44,786 nucleotides of DNA from Candidatus Binatia bacterium (GTDB taxonomy: Bacteria; Desulfobacterota; Binatia; Bin18). The stretch is from assembly GCA_025057295.1 (NCBI GenBank), contig JANWXO010000003.1, positions 1 to 44,786 on the forward strand, read 5' to 3'. Positions 34,964 through 44,027 of this stretch are shown here, piece by piece. The first letter of the stretch is position 1; each line of letters begins with the position of its first letter. The translations under genes were made by a program, and so were the position numbers. Below the pieces are notes generated by a model, which was not told the DNA's origin, did not search any database, and saw only the letters and a program-made list of their open reading frames with translations.

Positions 34964-35236
34964 GTCGCCTGCAGCCGGGGATCCGAGAGGGAGCATGCCG
35001 GCGGATGTGACAGGACCCAGCAAGGGAATGGCGAGGCGCAAACGTGCTGGCATGGGGGAAAAAGTTGCCGGGGAAGGGCCATGTCAGCCTCGAACGAGGC
35101 AGAGATGACGAGAGAAACAAAAACACTGAGGGCGAAAAATCACCGGCTTTCGCCTAACCCGGGCACTGTCGGCGAAACTCTCGTCCTGCGCCTGCGCGGA
35201 TGAAGACGGTATGGTTGTTGCTAAGAGGAGAGAGAC

Positions 35237-35950
35237 GTGAATGCGGCCATGTACAAAGCTGTCTCCGGTGCCATCGTGCAGATGCGCCGACTCGAGGTGG
35301 TTGCGCAGAACCTGGCCAATGTGAGCACCGCTGGTTACAAGGGAGAGCGCCTCGCCTTTGGGGAGATCCTCGCGTCGGTCTTCGGGCCGCGGGAGCGGAC
35401 GGGTGGAATGGTCGTGGTGGGAGAGCAACGGACGGACTTTTCGCAAGGCGAGCTCCAGCAGACCGGCAATCCTTTCGACCTGGCTATTGTGGGAGACGGG
35501 TTTTTTGTCGTCGATACTCCCCGGGGCATCCGTTATACCCGTCAGGGGACTTTTACCCTGGCTGCGGACGGTACCGTGGTGACCCCTCTCGGTGATCCCG
35601 TGCTTGGAGAGGCTGGTCCCATTCGCGTGGAGGGTGAGACCGTGCAGGTCACGCCGGAGGGAGTGGTGCTCGCGGATGGGATTGAGGTGGATACCATCCG
35701 CGTGGTCCGCTTCGCTGACCCGCGCCGTCTCACGAGAGAAGGCTACAGTCTCTTTCGCGGTCCTGACAGTGAAGCGCAAACCGCTCCTGCCCAGATCCTC
35801 CAGGGCCACCTCGAGCAGGCGAATGTCAATCCCATCGAGACGATGGTGACGCTCATCACCCTGCAACGCCAGTTCGAGGCCTACGAGCGTGCGCTCCGCA
35901 GCATGGATGCCGCAACAGAAAAGATGCTGACGGAGGCGGTACGCGTGTAG
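35237..35950 (+). CDS. flgF: Flagellar basal-body rod protein FlgF
   Basis: GTG 35237 lies 6 nt after AGGAGAG. The N-terminus has VVAQNLANVSTAGYKGER and the C-terminus has NVNPIETMVTLITLQRQFEAYERALRSMD. It precedes flgG. Confidence 0.85.
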   Translation: MNAAMYKAVSGAIVQMRRLEVVAQNLANVSTAGYKGERLAFGEILASVFGPRERTGGMVVVGEQRTDFSQGELQQTGNPFDLAIVGDGFFVVDTPRGIRYTRQGTFTLAADGTVVTPLGDPVLGEAGPIRVEGETVQVTPEGVVLADGIEVDTIRVVRFADPRRLTREGYSLFRGPDSEAQTAPAQILQGHLEQANVNPIETMVTLITLQRQFEAYERALRSMDAATEKMLTEAVRV

Positions 35951-36123
35951 TCTGTTGCGTATGACTTTTCGGCGCTCTGGGGGAACAGGGAGGAAGAAGG
36001 AGCTCCGAGGGACAGAGCGTGACAGCTCGATCCCGAGCGGCGTTCCGGCCAAAAGGGACGAACGAGAGAAAAGGAAAGGTGTTTCTGCCACACCATCGGT
36101 GTGCAACTGCATAGGAGAGAACG

Positions 36124-36912
36124 ATGCGTGCGCTATGGACCGCTGCCACTGGCATGCATGCCCAACAGCTCACTCTTGATGTCATCGCGAACAATCTCGC
36201 CAACGTGCAGACCGCCGGGTTTAAGCGCAGCCGGGTGGACTTTCAGGACCTGGTGTACGAGAGCGCGCCGGTTCCCGGCACCGCCTCGGCTCAGGGTCGT
36301 GAGATTCCCTCCGGCTTTCAGATCGGACACGGCGCACGGGCAGTCGCCACGCAACGGCTCTTTATCGGTGGCGACCTGCAACAGACAGGCAATCCGCTCG
36401 ATCTGGCGATCGAGGGAGATGGATTCTTTCAAGTCGTGCAGCCCAGCGGAGATATCGCTTATACGCGGGCTGGAACGTTCAAAAAAGATAGTCAAGGCCG
36501 TTTGGTGACTACGGAAGGCTTTCCTGTCGAACCCGAGATCACTATTCCGGCCGATGCGCTTTCTGTCACCATCGGCATGGACGGAACGGTGTCTGTCACC
36601 CAACCCGGTGTCGCCCAGCCCCAAGAGATCGGGACCATTGAACTGGCGCGGTTTGTCAACCCAGCAGGGCTGCAAAGCATCGGCCGAAACCTCTTTCTCC
36701 CTACTCAAGCCTCAGGAGATCCTACGCCTGGTACCCCTGGACAAGAGGGGCTGGGGACGCTCCTCCAGGGATTCGTGGAGATGTCGAACGTCAACGTGGT
36801 CGAGGAGATGGTCAACCTGATCGTGGGACAGCGGGCGTACGAGATTAACTCACGGGCGATTCGCACCGCTGACGAAATGATGCAGACCGCGAACAACTTG
36901 GTGCGCATGTAA
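36124..36912 (+). CDS. flgG: Flagellar distal rod protein FlgG
   Basis: [37 protein letters not shown] at the N-terminus and [34 protein letters not shown] at the C-terminus. Confidence 0.93.
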   Translation: MRALWTAATGMHAQQLTLDVIANNLANVQTAGFKRSRVDFQDLVYESAPVPGTASAQGREIPSGFQIGHGARAVATQRLFIGGDLQQTGNPLDLAIEGDGFFQVVQPSGDIAYTRAGTFKKDSQGRLVTTEGFPVEPEITIPADALSVTIGMDGTVSVTQPGVAQPQEIGTIELARFVNPAGLQSIGRNLFLPTQASGDPTPGTPGQEGLGTLLQGFVEMSNVNVVEEMVNLIVGQRAYEINSRAIRTADEMMQTANNLVRM

Positions 36913-36918
36913 GATGGT

Positions 36919-37638
36919 ATGCAGCGCAGACGAATTCGACCAGGATGGCGAGTTGCCCTTTGTTGCCTAGGGGTGTTGCTGCCGCTCTCTGCCCGCGCAG
37001 AAAGCGGGCGGGTGCTGACCGCAGAGCGCGTCGAGGCAGCGGTGCACCGCCACGTCCTCCAACAGGGGCCCTGGCAGGCAGGGGAGGTAGAGGTACGGGT
37101 GCGCGCTGTGCCGCCTTTGCGGCTGCCTGGGGGAGAGATAGAGCTCCAGGTCGTGCGCCCGCGTCAAGTGATTCCTGGCCTGCGCAGTTTCCTGCTGGCA
37201 GTGGGGGTGACCGGGCGAGAAATCACCAAGGTGTGGGTCCAGGCAGAGATACGGATCTTCGCCCAGGTGGTGGTGACCTCTCGTCCTCTTGCGCATCACG
37301 AGGTGATTACTGCTGACGCCGTGCGTCTGGAGCGACGGGAGATCAGTACCCTCGCCACGCGGGCGTTTACCAAGATAGAAGAGGTGGTTGATCGACAGGC
37401 GGCCCGTGCGCTGGCGGTCAACGAGATCCTTACTCCTGCGCTGGTCCAGCAACCCCGCGTCTTGCGCCGTGGGAGTGCGGTCACGCTGCTCTACGAGAGC
37501 TCTGCACTTCGGGTCGAAACCTCTGGACAGGCGCTGGAGGGGGGCAAAATCGGCGATCGCATTCGCGTCAAAAATTCCTCCTCGGGCAAAGTGCTCGAGG
37601 GCCAGATCCTCGATGCGCGGACAGTGAGGGTGCACTGA
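36919..37638 (+). CDS. flgA: Flagellar P-ring assembly chaperone FlgA
   Basis: It has a signal peptide (ALCCLGVLLPLSARA) and the C-terminal motif GGKIGDRIRVKNSSSGKVLEGQILDARTVRV. Confidence 0.85.
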   Translation: MQRRRIRPGWRVALCCLGVLLPLSARAESGRVLTAERVEAAVHRHVLQQGPWQAGEVEVRVRAVPPLRLPGGEIELQVVRPRQVIPGLRSFLLAVGVTGREITKVWVQAEIRIFAQVVVTSRPLAHHEVITADAVRLERREISTLATRAFTKIEEVVDRQAARALAVNEILTPALVQQPRVLRRGSAVTLLYESSALRVETSGQALEGGKIGDRIRVKNSSSGKVLEGQILDARTVRVH

Positions 37639-38411
37639 TGCAGGCAAGAGGGTGGAAGATCGCGAGCAGTAGGCAAGACGGTGTCACCGGTCGCTCTCGG
37701 CTCTGGGCTTTTGGCGCTTCTTTCGTGCTGGTCGGGGCGCTGATAGGCTGCGGGCCGCAGATGCGGGTCCGGTTCGTGCCGCAGCCTTCCGCGGAAGAGC
37801 TCGCCCGGGAGGTCCAGCGCGTCCAGCAAGTGCCGCTCCCCCCTCTCACGACTCAACCGGCTTCGCCCGGGTCCCTCTGGCCTGCCGATGACCGGGTGTC
37901 CTTGTACCGCGATAAAAAGGCGTTGCAGGTCGGTGATAGCCTGACGATCCGCATTGTCGAGACGGCCCAGGCGAGCAATGCAGCCGACACCAAGCTCGAA
38001 CGTCAGTCTGCTATCGAAGCCAATATCAACTCGCTTTTTGGCCTGCAGAGTACCCTGGCGCGTTCGAATCTCCTCAATCTCCTGGATGTGAACGCTGAGA
38101 ATGCGCATGCGGGTGCAGGGACGACCTCGCGGCAAGGACGGTTGATCGCCAGCATGACCGCGGTGGTGAGGGAGGTGCTGCCCAACGGCAACCTGGTCGT
38201 GCAGGGAAGCCGGGCCGTCGTGGTGAACAATGAAGAGCAGTATATGACGCTGACTGGCATCGTGCGGCCACAGGACATCAGCCGGGACAATGTCGTGCTT
38301 TCTACTCAGGTGGCCGACGCTCGCATCACTTTTGGTGGCATCGGTTTGGTGGCCGATAAGCAACGGTCCGGCTGGGGCACGTGGATTTTTGATTGGGTGT
38401 GGCCGTTCTGA
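37638..38411 (+). CDS. flgH: Flagellar L-ring lipoprotein FlgH
   Basis: It has the lipobox LIGC. The FlgH core reads SLWPADDRVSLYRDKKALQVGDSLTIRIVE..LVVQGSRAVVVNNEEQYMTLTGIVRPQDI. Its ATG overlaps the flgA stop (TGATG). Confidence 0.9.
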   Translation: MQARGWKIASSRQDGVTGRSRLWAFGASFVLVGALIGCGPQMRVRFVPQPSAEELAREVQRVQQVPLPPLTTQPASPGSLWPADDRVSLYRDKKALQVGDSLTIRIVETAQASNAADTKLERQSAIEANINSLFGLQSTLARSNLLNLLDVNAENAHAGAGTTSRQGRLIASMTAVVREVLPNGNLVVQGSRAVVVNNEEQYMTLTGIVRPQDISRDNVVLSTQVADARITFGGIGLVADKQRSGWGTWIFDWVWPF

Positions 38412-38432
38412 CGAGCATCGACACGGGCACCG

Positions 38433-39572
38433 ATGAAAACGGCGAAGAAGAAAATTTCATTAGTTCCTCTCTTCCGGCTTGGGGTGATCGTGTGCCTCAT
38501 GTGCTGCTGGTCCATAGCGCAGGCCGCGCGGATCAAGGATGTCGCCCACGTGGAAGGAGTACGGAGCAACCAGCTGTTGGGCTATGGGCTGGTGATGGGG
38601 CTGGACGGGACCGGCGACCGACAGAACACCGAGTTTACCGTCCAGACCCTCACGAACCTGTTGCAGGAATATCAGATCCGGGTGGACCCGAGAGATGTGC
38701 GCGTGAAGAATGTCGCCGCAGTGATAGTCACAGCCGAAGTTCCACCGTATGTGCAACCGGGCACCCGCCTGGACGCTGTGGTGTCTTCTCTCGGGGATGC
38801 GCGGAGTCTCTCGGGAGGAACCTTGCTCCTGACGCCTCTGAGAGGGGCTGACGGTCGCGTCTATGCCGTCGCGCAAGGACCGGTCAGTCTGGGTGGGGGA
38901 TACACCGCTCTCGGTGTGGGTGCGCGTATCAGCAAAAACCACCAGACCGTCGGGCGGGTCACAGCAGGCGTGCTGGTGGAACGCCCAATTCCTACCGAGA
39001 TTTTAACTGCCGAGGGAGCGGTGCGCATCAACGTCAAGCAGCCTGACTTTACCACTGCCCAGAGAATCGCGGCGACAATCAACGCTGCCCTGCCCGAGGC
39101 TGGTGCAAGACCGCTCTCTCCGGGGGTCGTCACCGTGACGCTGCCCCGCGCGTATCACCAGGACCCGGTCGCCTTTGTCGCCGCTCTGGAGGTTCTGGAA
39201 GTCTCTCCCGACGCTCCTGCGCGCGTGGTGGTCAACGAACGGACAGGTACCGTGATTATGGGCCACGCGGTGCGTATCGCGCCGGTCGCGGTGGCACATG
39301 CGGGGCTGCACATTACGGTGAAAACCGAGCTAGGCGTCTCTCAGCCTCCACCGCTGAGCCGCGGGGAGACAGTTGTAGTGCCGGACACCACCATTGTCGT
39401 CGAAGAGCCCGACAACCGTCAGTTGGTCGAGCTGCCAGGGGGACCAGGGGTAGAGCTCAGAGAGATTGTCCTAGCCTTGAATGCTCTCGGAGTGACTCCG
39501 CGCGACCTCATCGCCATCTTTGAGGCGCTCAAAGAGGCCGGAGCCTTACAAGCTGAGCTGGTGATTATGTAA
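38433..39572 (+). CDS. flgI: Flagellar P-ring protein FlgI
   Basis: The signal peptide ends in AQA. It is followed by ARIKDVAHVEGVRSNQLLGYGLVMGLDGTGD, the canonical mature FlgI N-terminus. Confidence 0.93.
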   Translation: MKTAKKKISLVPLFRLGVIVCLMCCWSIAQAARIKDVAHVEGVRSNQLLGYGLVMGLDGTGDRQNTEFTVQTLTNLLQEYQIRVDPRDVRVKNVAAVIVTAEVPPYVQPGTRLDAVVSSLGDARSLSGGTLLLTPLRGADGRVYAVAQGPVSLGGGYTALGVGARISKNHQTVGRVTAGVLVERPIPTEILTAEGAVRINVKQPDFTTAQRIAATINAALPEAGARPLSPGVVTVTLPRAYHQDPVAFVAALEVLEVSPDAPARVVVNERTGTVIMGHAVRIAPVAVAHAGLHITVKTELGVSQPPPLSRGETVVVPDTTIVVEEPDNRQLVELPGGPGVELREIVLALNALGVTPRDLIAIFEALKEAGALQAELVIM

Positions 39573-39591
39573 GAGGGAGGGCCTGAAGGCG

Positions 39592-40338
39592 ATGAGCGGA
39601 GAAGGTAGCTGGGCGGTGCGCGGCGGAGGATTCGCCAGCAGTCTCCGAGAGACTGTCCGGGTCGGTGTAGGTGGCAAAAGTGCAGAAAGAGAGGAAGAAG
39701 CTAAACAGCGCGTCGCTGAGGAGTTTGCCTCCCTGTTGTTCTTCGAGATGATCAAGGCGCTGCGCGCGACCGTGCCGCAGGGTGGGCTCTGGGCGCAAGA
39801 CTCGCTCGCGCACGATGTTTACACCACCCTGGCGGACATGGAGATAGCGCGCAGCATGGCACGCCAACAGGGGGTGGGCCTCGTCGGATATGTCGAGAGG
39901 GCCTTGGCGGCATACGACCGTGCTGCTCTCTACGCCCTGCCTGTCGATGGAGTTGTGTCGTCTCCCTTCGGACTGCGCCAGGATCCGCTGGGAGGAGGAC
40001 AACGTGTCCATGAAGGGATCGATATTGCCGCCTCTAGCGGGAGCCCGATTCGCGCCCTGGCGGCGGGGAGGATCGTCTTTAGTGGCTGGGTCGAGGGGTA
40101 CGGCAACTTGGTCGCCATCGATCATGGGAATGGCATGGTGACCCGCTACGCCCACACCGAGGCCAACCTGGTCTCGGTGGGTGAGGAGGTTGTGGCCGGG
40201 CAGAACATTGCCTTGGTCGGGAGCAGTGGGCGCGCGACAGGCCCGCACCTCCACCTCGAGGTTCTTCAGGATGGACGGCCCATTGATCCTCGGTCTTTCC
40301 TGACCCTGGCGTCCTCTGCGAAGCATGCCGGGCGCTGA
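39592..40338 (+). CDS. flgJ: FlgJ-type rod-binding domain fused to an M23 (LytM) metallopeptidase domain
   Basis: The N-terminal half has the Rod_binding-like EEFASLLFFEMIKALRATV. The C-terminal half has the M23 motifs HEGIDIAA (HxxxD) and GPHLHLEV (HxH). Confidence 0.8.
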   Translation: MSGEGSWAVRGGGFASSLRETVRVGVGGKSAEREEEAKQRVAEEFASLLFFEMIKALRATVPQGGLWAQDSLAHDVYTTLADMEIARSMARQQGVGLVGYVERALAAYDRAALYALPVDGVVSSPFGLRQDPLGGGQRVHEGIDIAASSGSPIRALAAGRIVFSGWVEGYGNLVAIDHGNGMVTRYAHTEANLVSVGEEVVAGQNIALVGSSGRATGPHLHLEVLQDGRPIDPRSFLTLASSAKHAGR

Positions 40339-40375
40339 CACGGCTCAGGAAATCAGGCAGGGTGTATTGCAGGGC

Positions 40376-40402
40376 TAAAAAAGATCGCTAACTCGCCGAT
40401 AA
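40376..40402 (+). promoter_or_regulatory. sigma28 promoter of flgM(-flgN-flgKL-csrA-fliW)
   Basis: TAAA-N15-GCCGATAA (TAAAAAAG-atcgctaactc-GCCGATAA) has a perfect -10. The -10 ends 12 nt before ATG 40415. Confidence 0.8.
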
Positions 40403-40414
40403 AGAGGAAAGAAT

Positions 40415-40732
40415 ATGAAGATTACCAATAGTGAGCTTCTTCATACGAACCTCTCGCAGCTCATCACCGGCGACAAGAACGTGTCTCCGGTGGCAGACAG
40501 AGGAGAGAAAGAGATCACGCGATCGGGCGAGGCGATCCGCGTGACGATCTCTTCCGAGGCCCGTCACTTGCAACGGGTGGTCGAACTGGCCCGGCAAGGA
40601 GATGCCATGCGGGCAGAGAGGGTACACACGATCAAGGAGCAGATTCTGCAAGGGACCTACCAGGTCGAGGCGGTGGAAGTGGCGAAAGGGATACTGCGCA
40701 GCGAGATCGCAGAGCTTCTGGGCCACCGCTGA
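40415..40732 (+). CDS. flgM: Anti-sigma28 factor FlgM
   Basis: It is 105 aa. The C-terminal region RAERVHTIKEQILQGTYQVEAVEVAKGIL is the FlgM sigma28-binding region. A sigma28 promoter lies upstream and flgN downstream. Confidence 0.85.
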   Translation: MKITNSELLHTNLSQLITGDKNVSPVADRGEKEITRSGEAIRVTISSEARHLQRVVELARQGDAMRAERVHTIKEQILQGTYQVEAVEVAKGILRSEIAELLGHR

Positions 40733-40829
40733 CACGGTCTGCAGAGGTGCAATCCGCGGGGGTATCAGTCTGCCAGGCTGCAGGGAACGACAGGTGAGTA
40801 AACTGCGAGACTGACCGGCGAGGGACCGG

Positions 40830-41369
40830 ATGGAAAGGGTGAGCGACGGCATGACTGAAGAGCCGACTGGTGGAATACCTATACACGCCTTGAGGGACTT
40901 GGTGGCAGTCATGGAAGAAGAGGTCCAAGTCGGGGAGGAGCTGCTCCACAACTTGGAGGCGCAGCGAGTGGCTATTCTCTCGTGGGATGCCTCGACCCTG
41001 CTGCTGCGGGTGGAAGAACGGGAAGCGATGCTCCGTCGGCTCAGTGCGCTCGAGGAGAGACGCCAAAGGATTGTGCTCGACCTGCCGTGTCTCTCGCCAA
41101 ACCACGGTCCGTCGCTGAGAACCTTGCTCGCCCGCCTCCCCGAGGGACCGGAAACCGTTTCTCTTCGCCGCCTGCAGCGGCAGATCTTAGAGCTCTACGG
41201 CCGCCTGCGGGCAGCGGAGCAGCGGGTGGTCGCCTTAATGGACAACCTGCTGGGTCACCTCCGCGAGGCGCTCACCTGCTTTTGTTACTCTCCTGTGTAC
41301 CTCTATGGAAAAAAAGGGGCGATGACCTATGGACGTCCAGCATCGGGGTTGATCCAAGGAAAAGCCTAG
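40830..41369 (+). CDS. flgN: FlgN-family flagellar export chaperone
   Basis: It is a helical protein (LVAVMEEEVQVGEELLHNLEAQRVAILSWDASTLLLRVEEREAMLRRL) in the canonical flgM-flgN-flgK position. The start could be ATG 40851. Confidence 0.65.
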   Translation: MERVSDGMTEEPTGGIPIHALRDLVAVMEEEVQVGEELLHNLEAQRVAILSWDASTLLLRVEEREAMLRRLSALEERRQRIVLDLPCLSPNHGPSLRTLLARLPEGPETVSLRRLQRQILELYGRLRAAEQRVVALMDNLLGHLREALTCFCYSPVYLYGKKGAMTYGRPASGLIQGKA

Positions 41370-41451
41370 GACCAATGGATGTAGACTTCCCCCTCGCGTG
41401 TGGTCGCGGATCGACAGAGCACGACGGGGGGAAGAGGCTGAGGTGGTTATC

Positions 41452-42855
41452 ATGTCCATCCTTTCTCTCTTGTTCATCGGTGCGCATGCCATGGGGGTAC
41501 AGCAGCGGGCCATCCAGACTACTGGACACAACTTGGCCAATGTGAGCACCCCGGGTTTTTCTCGGCAACGGGTAGAGCTTTCTGCTGCCATGCCGACGCG
41601 CGAGGGGCAGTGGCTCCTGGGTCGGGGGGTGCAGATCGACGGGATCCACAGAGTTGTCAGCCGGTTTCTCGAAGCCGAGCTCCTCAGCCTCAAGAGCACT
41701 CTGGGTTTTAGTGAGGCCGAGAACCGTGCGCTGCGCGAAATAGAAAACGCGTTTCCGCTGACCGGGGAGAGCGGAATCGGGGCTGCGCTCGATGCCTTTT
41801 TTGCTGCTCTGTCGGATCTAGCGAACAACCCTGCCGGTCAGGTGGAGCGGGTGAATGTGGTCGGCAAAGCACAGGCGCTCGCCCATACGCTCCGCCAGAC
41901 CCGGAGCATGCTGACGGCCTTGCAGCGCAATCTGGATCAGGATCTGGAAGGCGCTGTGCTGCGCCTGAACGAGCTCCTGCCGCAGATCGCCGTCCTCAAC
42001 CGACAGATTGCTGCCCACGAAGCCGGCGGCAGTCAGGCCAACGATTTTCGTGACCAGCGGCAAGTCCTGTTGCAGGAAGTCTCTCGCCTGACCGGCGCGA
42101 CGGTCCTGGAGGAGGCCAATGGGCAGGTCACTGTCTTTACCGGAGGGCTCGTCCTGGTGAGCGGGGATCGGGCGGCCTCCTTCAGCAACACGAGCCTCGC
42201 TCCCTCTGGGTTGCACCTCGTGACCTACCAGAGTCCTGCTGGGGTGAGCTTTGATGCCACTGCGCTCCTGACCCAAGGGGAGATTGGTGGCCTCCTGACC
42301 ATGCGCGATGTCACGGTCGCCAATATTCTCGGAAAGCTCGATCAGCTGGCGAAAAGCCTGGTCGATACGGTGAATGCCCAGCATGCGCTGGGATTTGACC
42401 TCAACGGTGCAGCCGGGGGCAATTTCTTTACGCCTCTTGCCACCGTTGAGGGAGCTGCAGCCATGGTGGAGGTCGACAGCGCTATTGTGGCAGACGTGTC
42501 TCTGATTGCCGCTGCTCAGGACGCTGCTGCCGTGCCGGGCGACAACCGCAATGCTCTCGCTCTGGTCCATTTGCGCACGACCGCGATTGCTGCGTTGGGG
42601 AACCTGACCTTCACCGAATATTTTCTTTCCCTGGTCGGAGAGGTTGGGGTACAGACGCAGGCCAGTACCAGTGCGCTCGACTTGCAGCAGGCACTGCTCG
42701 TGCAGACGCAGGTCCGACGCGAGGGACTCTCAGGCGTGAATGTGGAAGAAGAGCTGACCAACCTGATCCAGTTCCAGCGGGCGTTCGAGGCTGCGGCCGT
42801 GCTCGTCCGCACCGGGGATGAGTTGTACCAGACAATACTCGGGATGGTGAGCTGA
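41452..42855 (+). CDS. flgK: Flagellar hook-associated protein 1 FlgK
   Basis: ATG 41452 follows GAGGTGG within ORF 41398..42855. The N-terminus has IQTTGHNLANVSTPGFSRQRV and the C-terminus has SGVNVEEELTNLIQFQRAFEAAA. Confidence 0.9.
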   Translation: MSILSLLFIGAHAMGVQQRAIQTTGHNLANVSTPGFSRQRVELSAAMPTREGQWLLGRGVQIDGIHRVVSRFLEAELLSLKSTLGFSEAENRALREIENAFPLTGESGIGAALDAFFAALSDLANNPAGQVERVNVVGKAQALAHTLRQTRSMLTALQRNLDQDLEGAVLRLNELLPQIAVLNRQIAAHEAGGSQANDFRDQRQVLLQEVSRLTGATVLEEANGQVTVFTGGLVLVSGDRAASFSNTSLAPSGLHLVTYQSPAGVSFDATALLTQGEIGGLLTMRDVTVANILGKLDQLAKSLVDTVNAQHALGFDLNGAAGGNFFTPLATVEGAAAMVEVDSAIVADVSLIAAAQDAAAVPGDNRNALALVHLRTTAIAALGNLTFTEYFLSLVGEVGVQTQASTSALDLQQALLVQTQVRREGLSGVNVEEELTNLIQFQRAFEAAAVLVRTGDELYQTILGMVS

Positions 42856-42857
42856 GT

Positions 42858-43766
42858 ATGCGTGTCACCAATCAGTCACTGGCCTTCCAAGTCAACGAAG
42901 GGCTCCAGCGCGCCTTCCGCCGTTTGGCCGAGGTGCAGGAGCAGGTCACCTCGGGAAAGCGGATCAACCGGCTGTCTGACGATCCCACTGGCGCGGTTCG
43001 AGTCCTCGATCTCCACAGTTTTGTTGCCTCGTTGGAGCAGTACGAAAAGAATATTTCCTCGGCGCTTCCTTTTCTCCAGCAGAGTGAGCAGGTCCTGGCC
43101 GATGTCGAAGAGGTAGTGGGACGGGCAAAGGAGCTGGCGCTCGCGATGGCGAACGATAGCCACTCGGGTCAGGAACGGGCGCTGGCAGCCGTCGAAGTGC
43201 GCCAGCTCTTCTCCCAGCTGCTCTCTCTCGCGAATACGCGGGTCGAGAACCGCTATCTCTTCGGTGGGTTTCGCAACGGTACCGCTCCTTTCACCGAAGG
43301 AGCAGGGGGGGTGACCTATGGTGGTGATAACGGCGAGATCGTCGTGCAGCTCAACACCTCGACCACGGTCGTGCTCAACCTGATCGGCGAACAGGTTTTT
43401 CAGGGCGTCGGGGTGACCGGTGGGGTCGATCTGTTCGATACCCTCTTGGACCTAGAGGCTGCGCTGCAGAGCAACGACGTGACCGGTCCTGATGGAATCA
43501 ACACGCAGATTGACCGTCTCGAGCGCGCCCTCGATCAAGTCCTGCGCTTCCGTACGGAAGTCGGTGCACGGCTGCGCACGGCGCAGACGGCACAGGAGGG
43601 GGTGGCGTTGATGAAACTACAGACCATCGGTCTGCGGTCGAGGATCGAGGATGCGGATGCCCTGCAAGTCTACTCCGACTTTGCCCGTTTCCAACATGCC
43701 TTTGAGGCAGCACTGCGGTCAGCGGCACAGGTGTTTCAGCCGACGTTGCTCGATTTTCTCCGCTAG
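42858..43766 (+). CDS. flgL: Flagellar hook-associated protein 3 FlgL
   Basis: MRVTNQSLAFQV..SGKRINRLSDDPTG is a flagellin-type N-terminus. The position after flgK also fits. Confidence 0.88.
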   Translation: MRVTNQSLAFQVNEGLQRAFRRLAEVQEQVTSGKRINRLSDDPTGAVRVLDLHSFVASLEQYEKNISSALPFLQQSEQVLADVEEVVGRAKELALAMANDSHSGQERALAAVEVRQLFSQLLSLANTRVENRYLFGGFRNGTAPFTEGAGGVTYGGDNGEIVVQLNTSTTVVLNLIGEQVFQGVGVTGGVDLFDTLLDLEAALQSNDVTGPDGINTQIDRLERALDQVLRFRTEVGARLRTAQTAQEGVALMKLQTIGLRSRIEDADALQVYSDFARFQHAFEAALRSAAQVFQPTLLDFLR

Positions 43767-43772
43767 CTGGCT

Positions 43773-44027
43773 ATGCTTGTGTTGACTCGCCGCCCTGGAG
43801 AGAGCATCACCATCGGTGATGACGTCGTCGTGACCGTGCTCGAAGTCAGCGGCAACCACATCCGGATCGGGATCTCCGCTCCGCGTCACGTGCGCATTTT
43901 ACGCGAGGAGATTTATCAGGCTATGCGGACGGAAAACCGTGCGGCAGCTCGCGGGGGACATCACTCGCGGTTGCTGGACGAAGTCGCTACACGTTTGCGT
44001 CATCGGCAGGAGCGGTGTGGTGAGTAG
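43773..44027 (+). CDS. csrA: Carbon storage regulator CsrA (long, FliW-partnered type)
   Basis: It starts with [48 protein letters not shown]. This is followed by a tail of about 35 aa, longer than the enterobacterial protein. Confidence 0.92.
   Translation: MLVLTRRPGESITIGDDVVVTVLEVSGNHIRIGISAPRHVRILREEIYQAMRTENRAAARGGHHSRLLDEVATRLRHRQERCGE

Noticed and set aside
35207-35222. A sigma54-like box CGGTAT-ggttg-TTGCT just upstream of flgF.
   Set aside because: The -24 element is weak (GG only, plus two other matches). The predicted TSS would fall at or after the SD of flgF (GTG 35237). The promoter of the flgF operon remains unidentified.
35955-36179. A 74-aa ORF in the flgF-flgG spacer.
   Set aside because: It runs into flgG in a different frame, is Arg/Lys/Gly-rich and low in complexity, and has no SD. 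The spacer is reported as a possible RNA-level element instead.
38352-38359. A perfect sigma28 -10 octamer GCCGATAA near the end of flgH, upstream of flgI.
   Set aside because: There is no TAAA-like -35 at the required 15-nt spacing; the sequence there is TGGT. The octamer encodes conserved C-terminal FlgH residues (ADKQ), so it is likely coincidental.
40795-40821. A TAAA-N15-GCGAGGGA sigma28-like arrangement upstream of flgN.
   Set aside because: The -10 matches the consensus at only 3 of 8 positions. flgN is probably co-transcribed with flgM.
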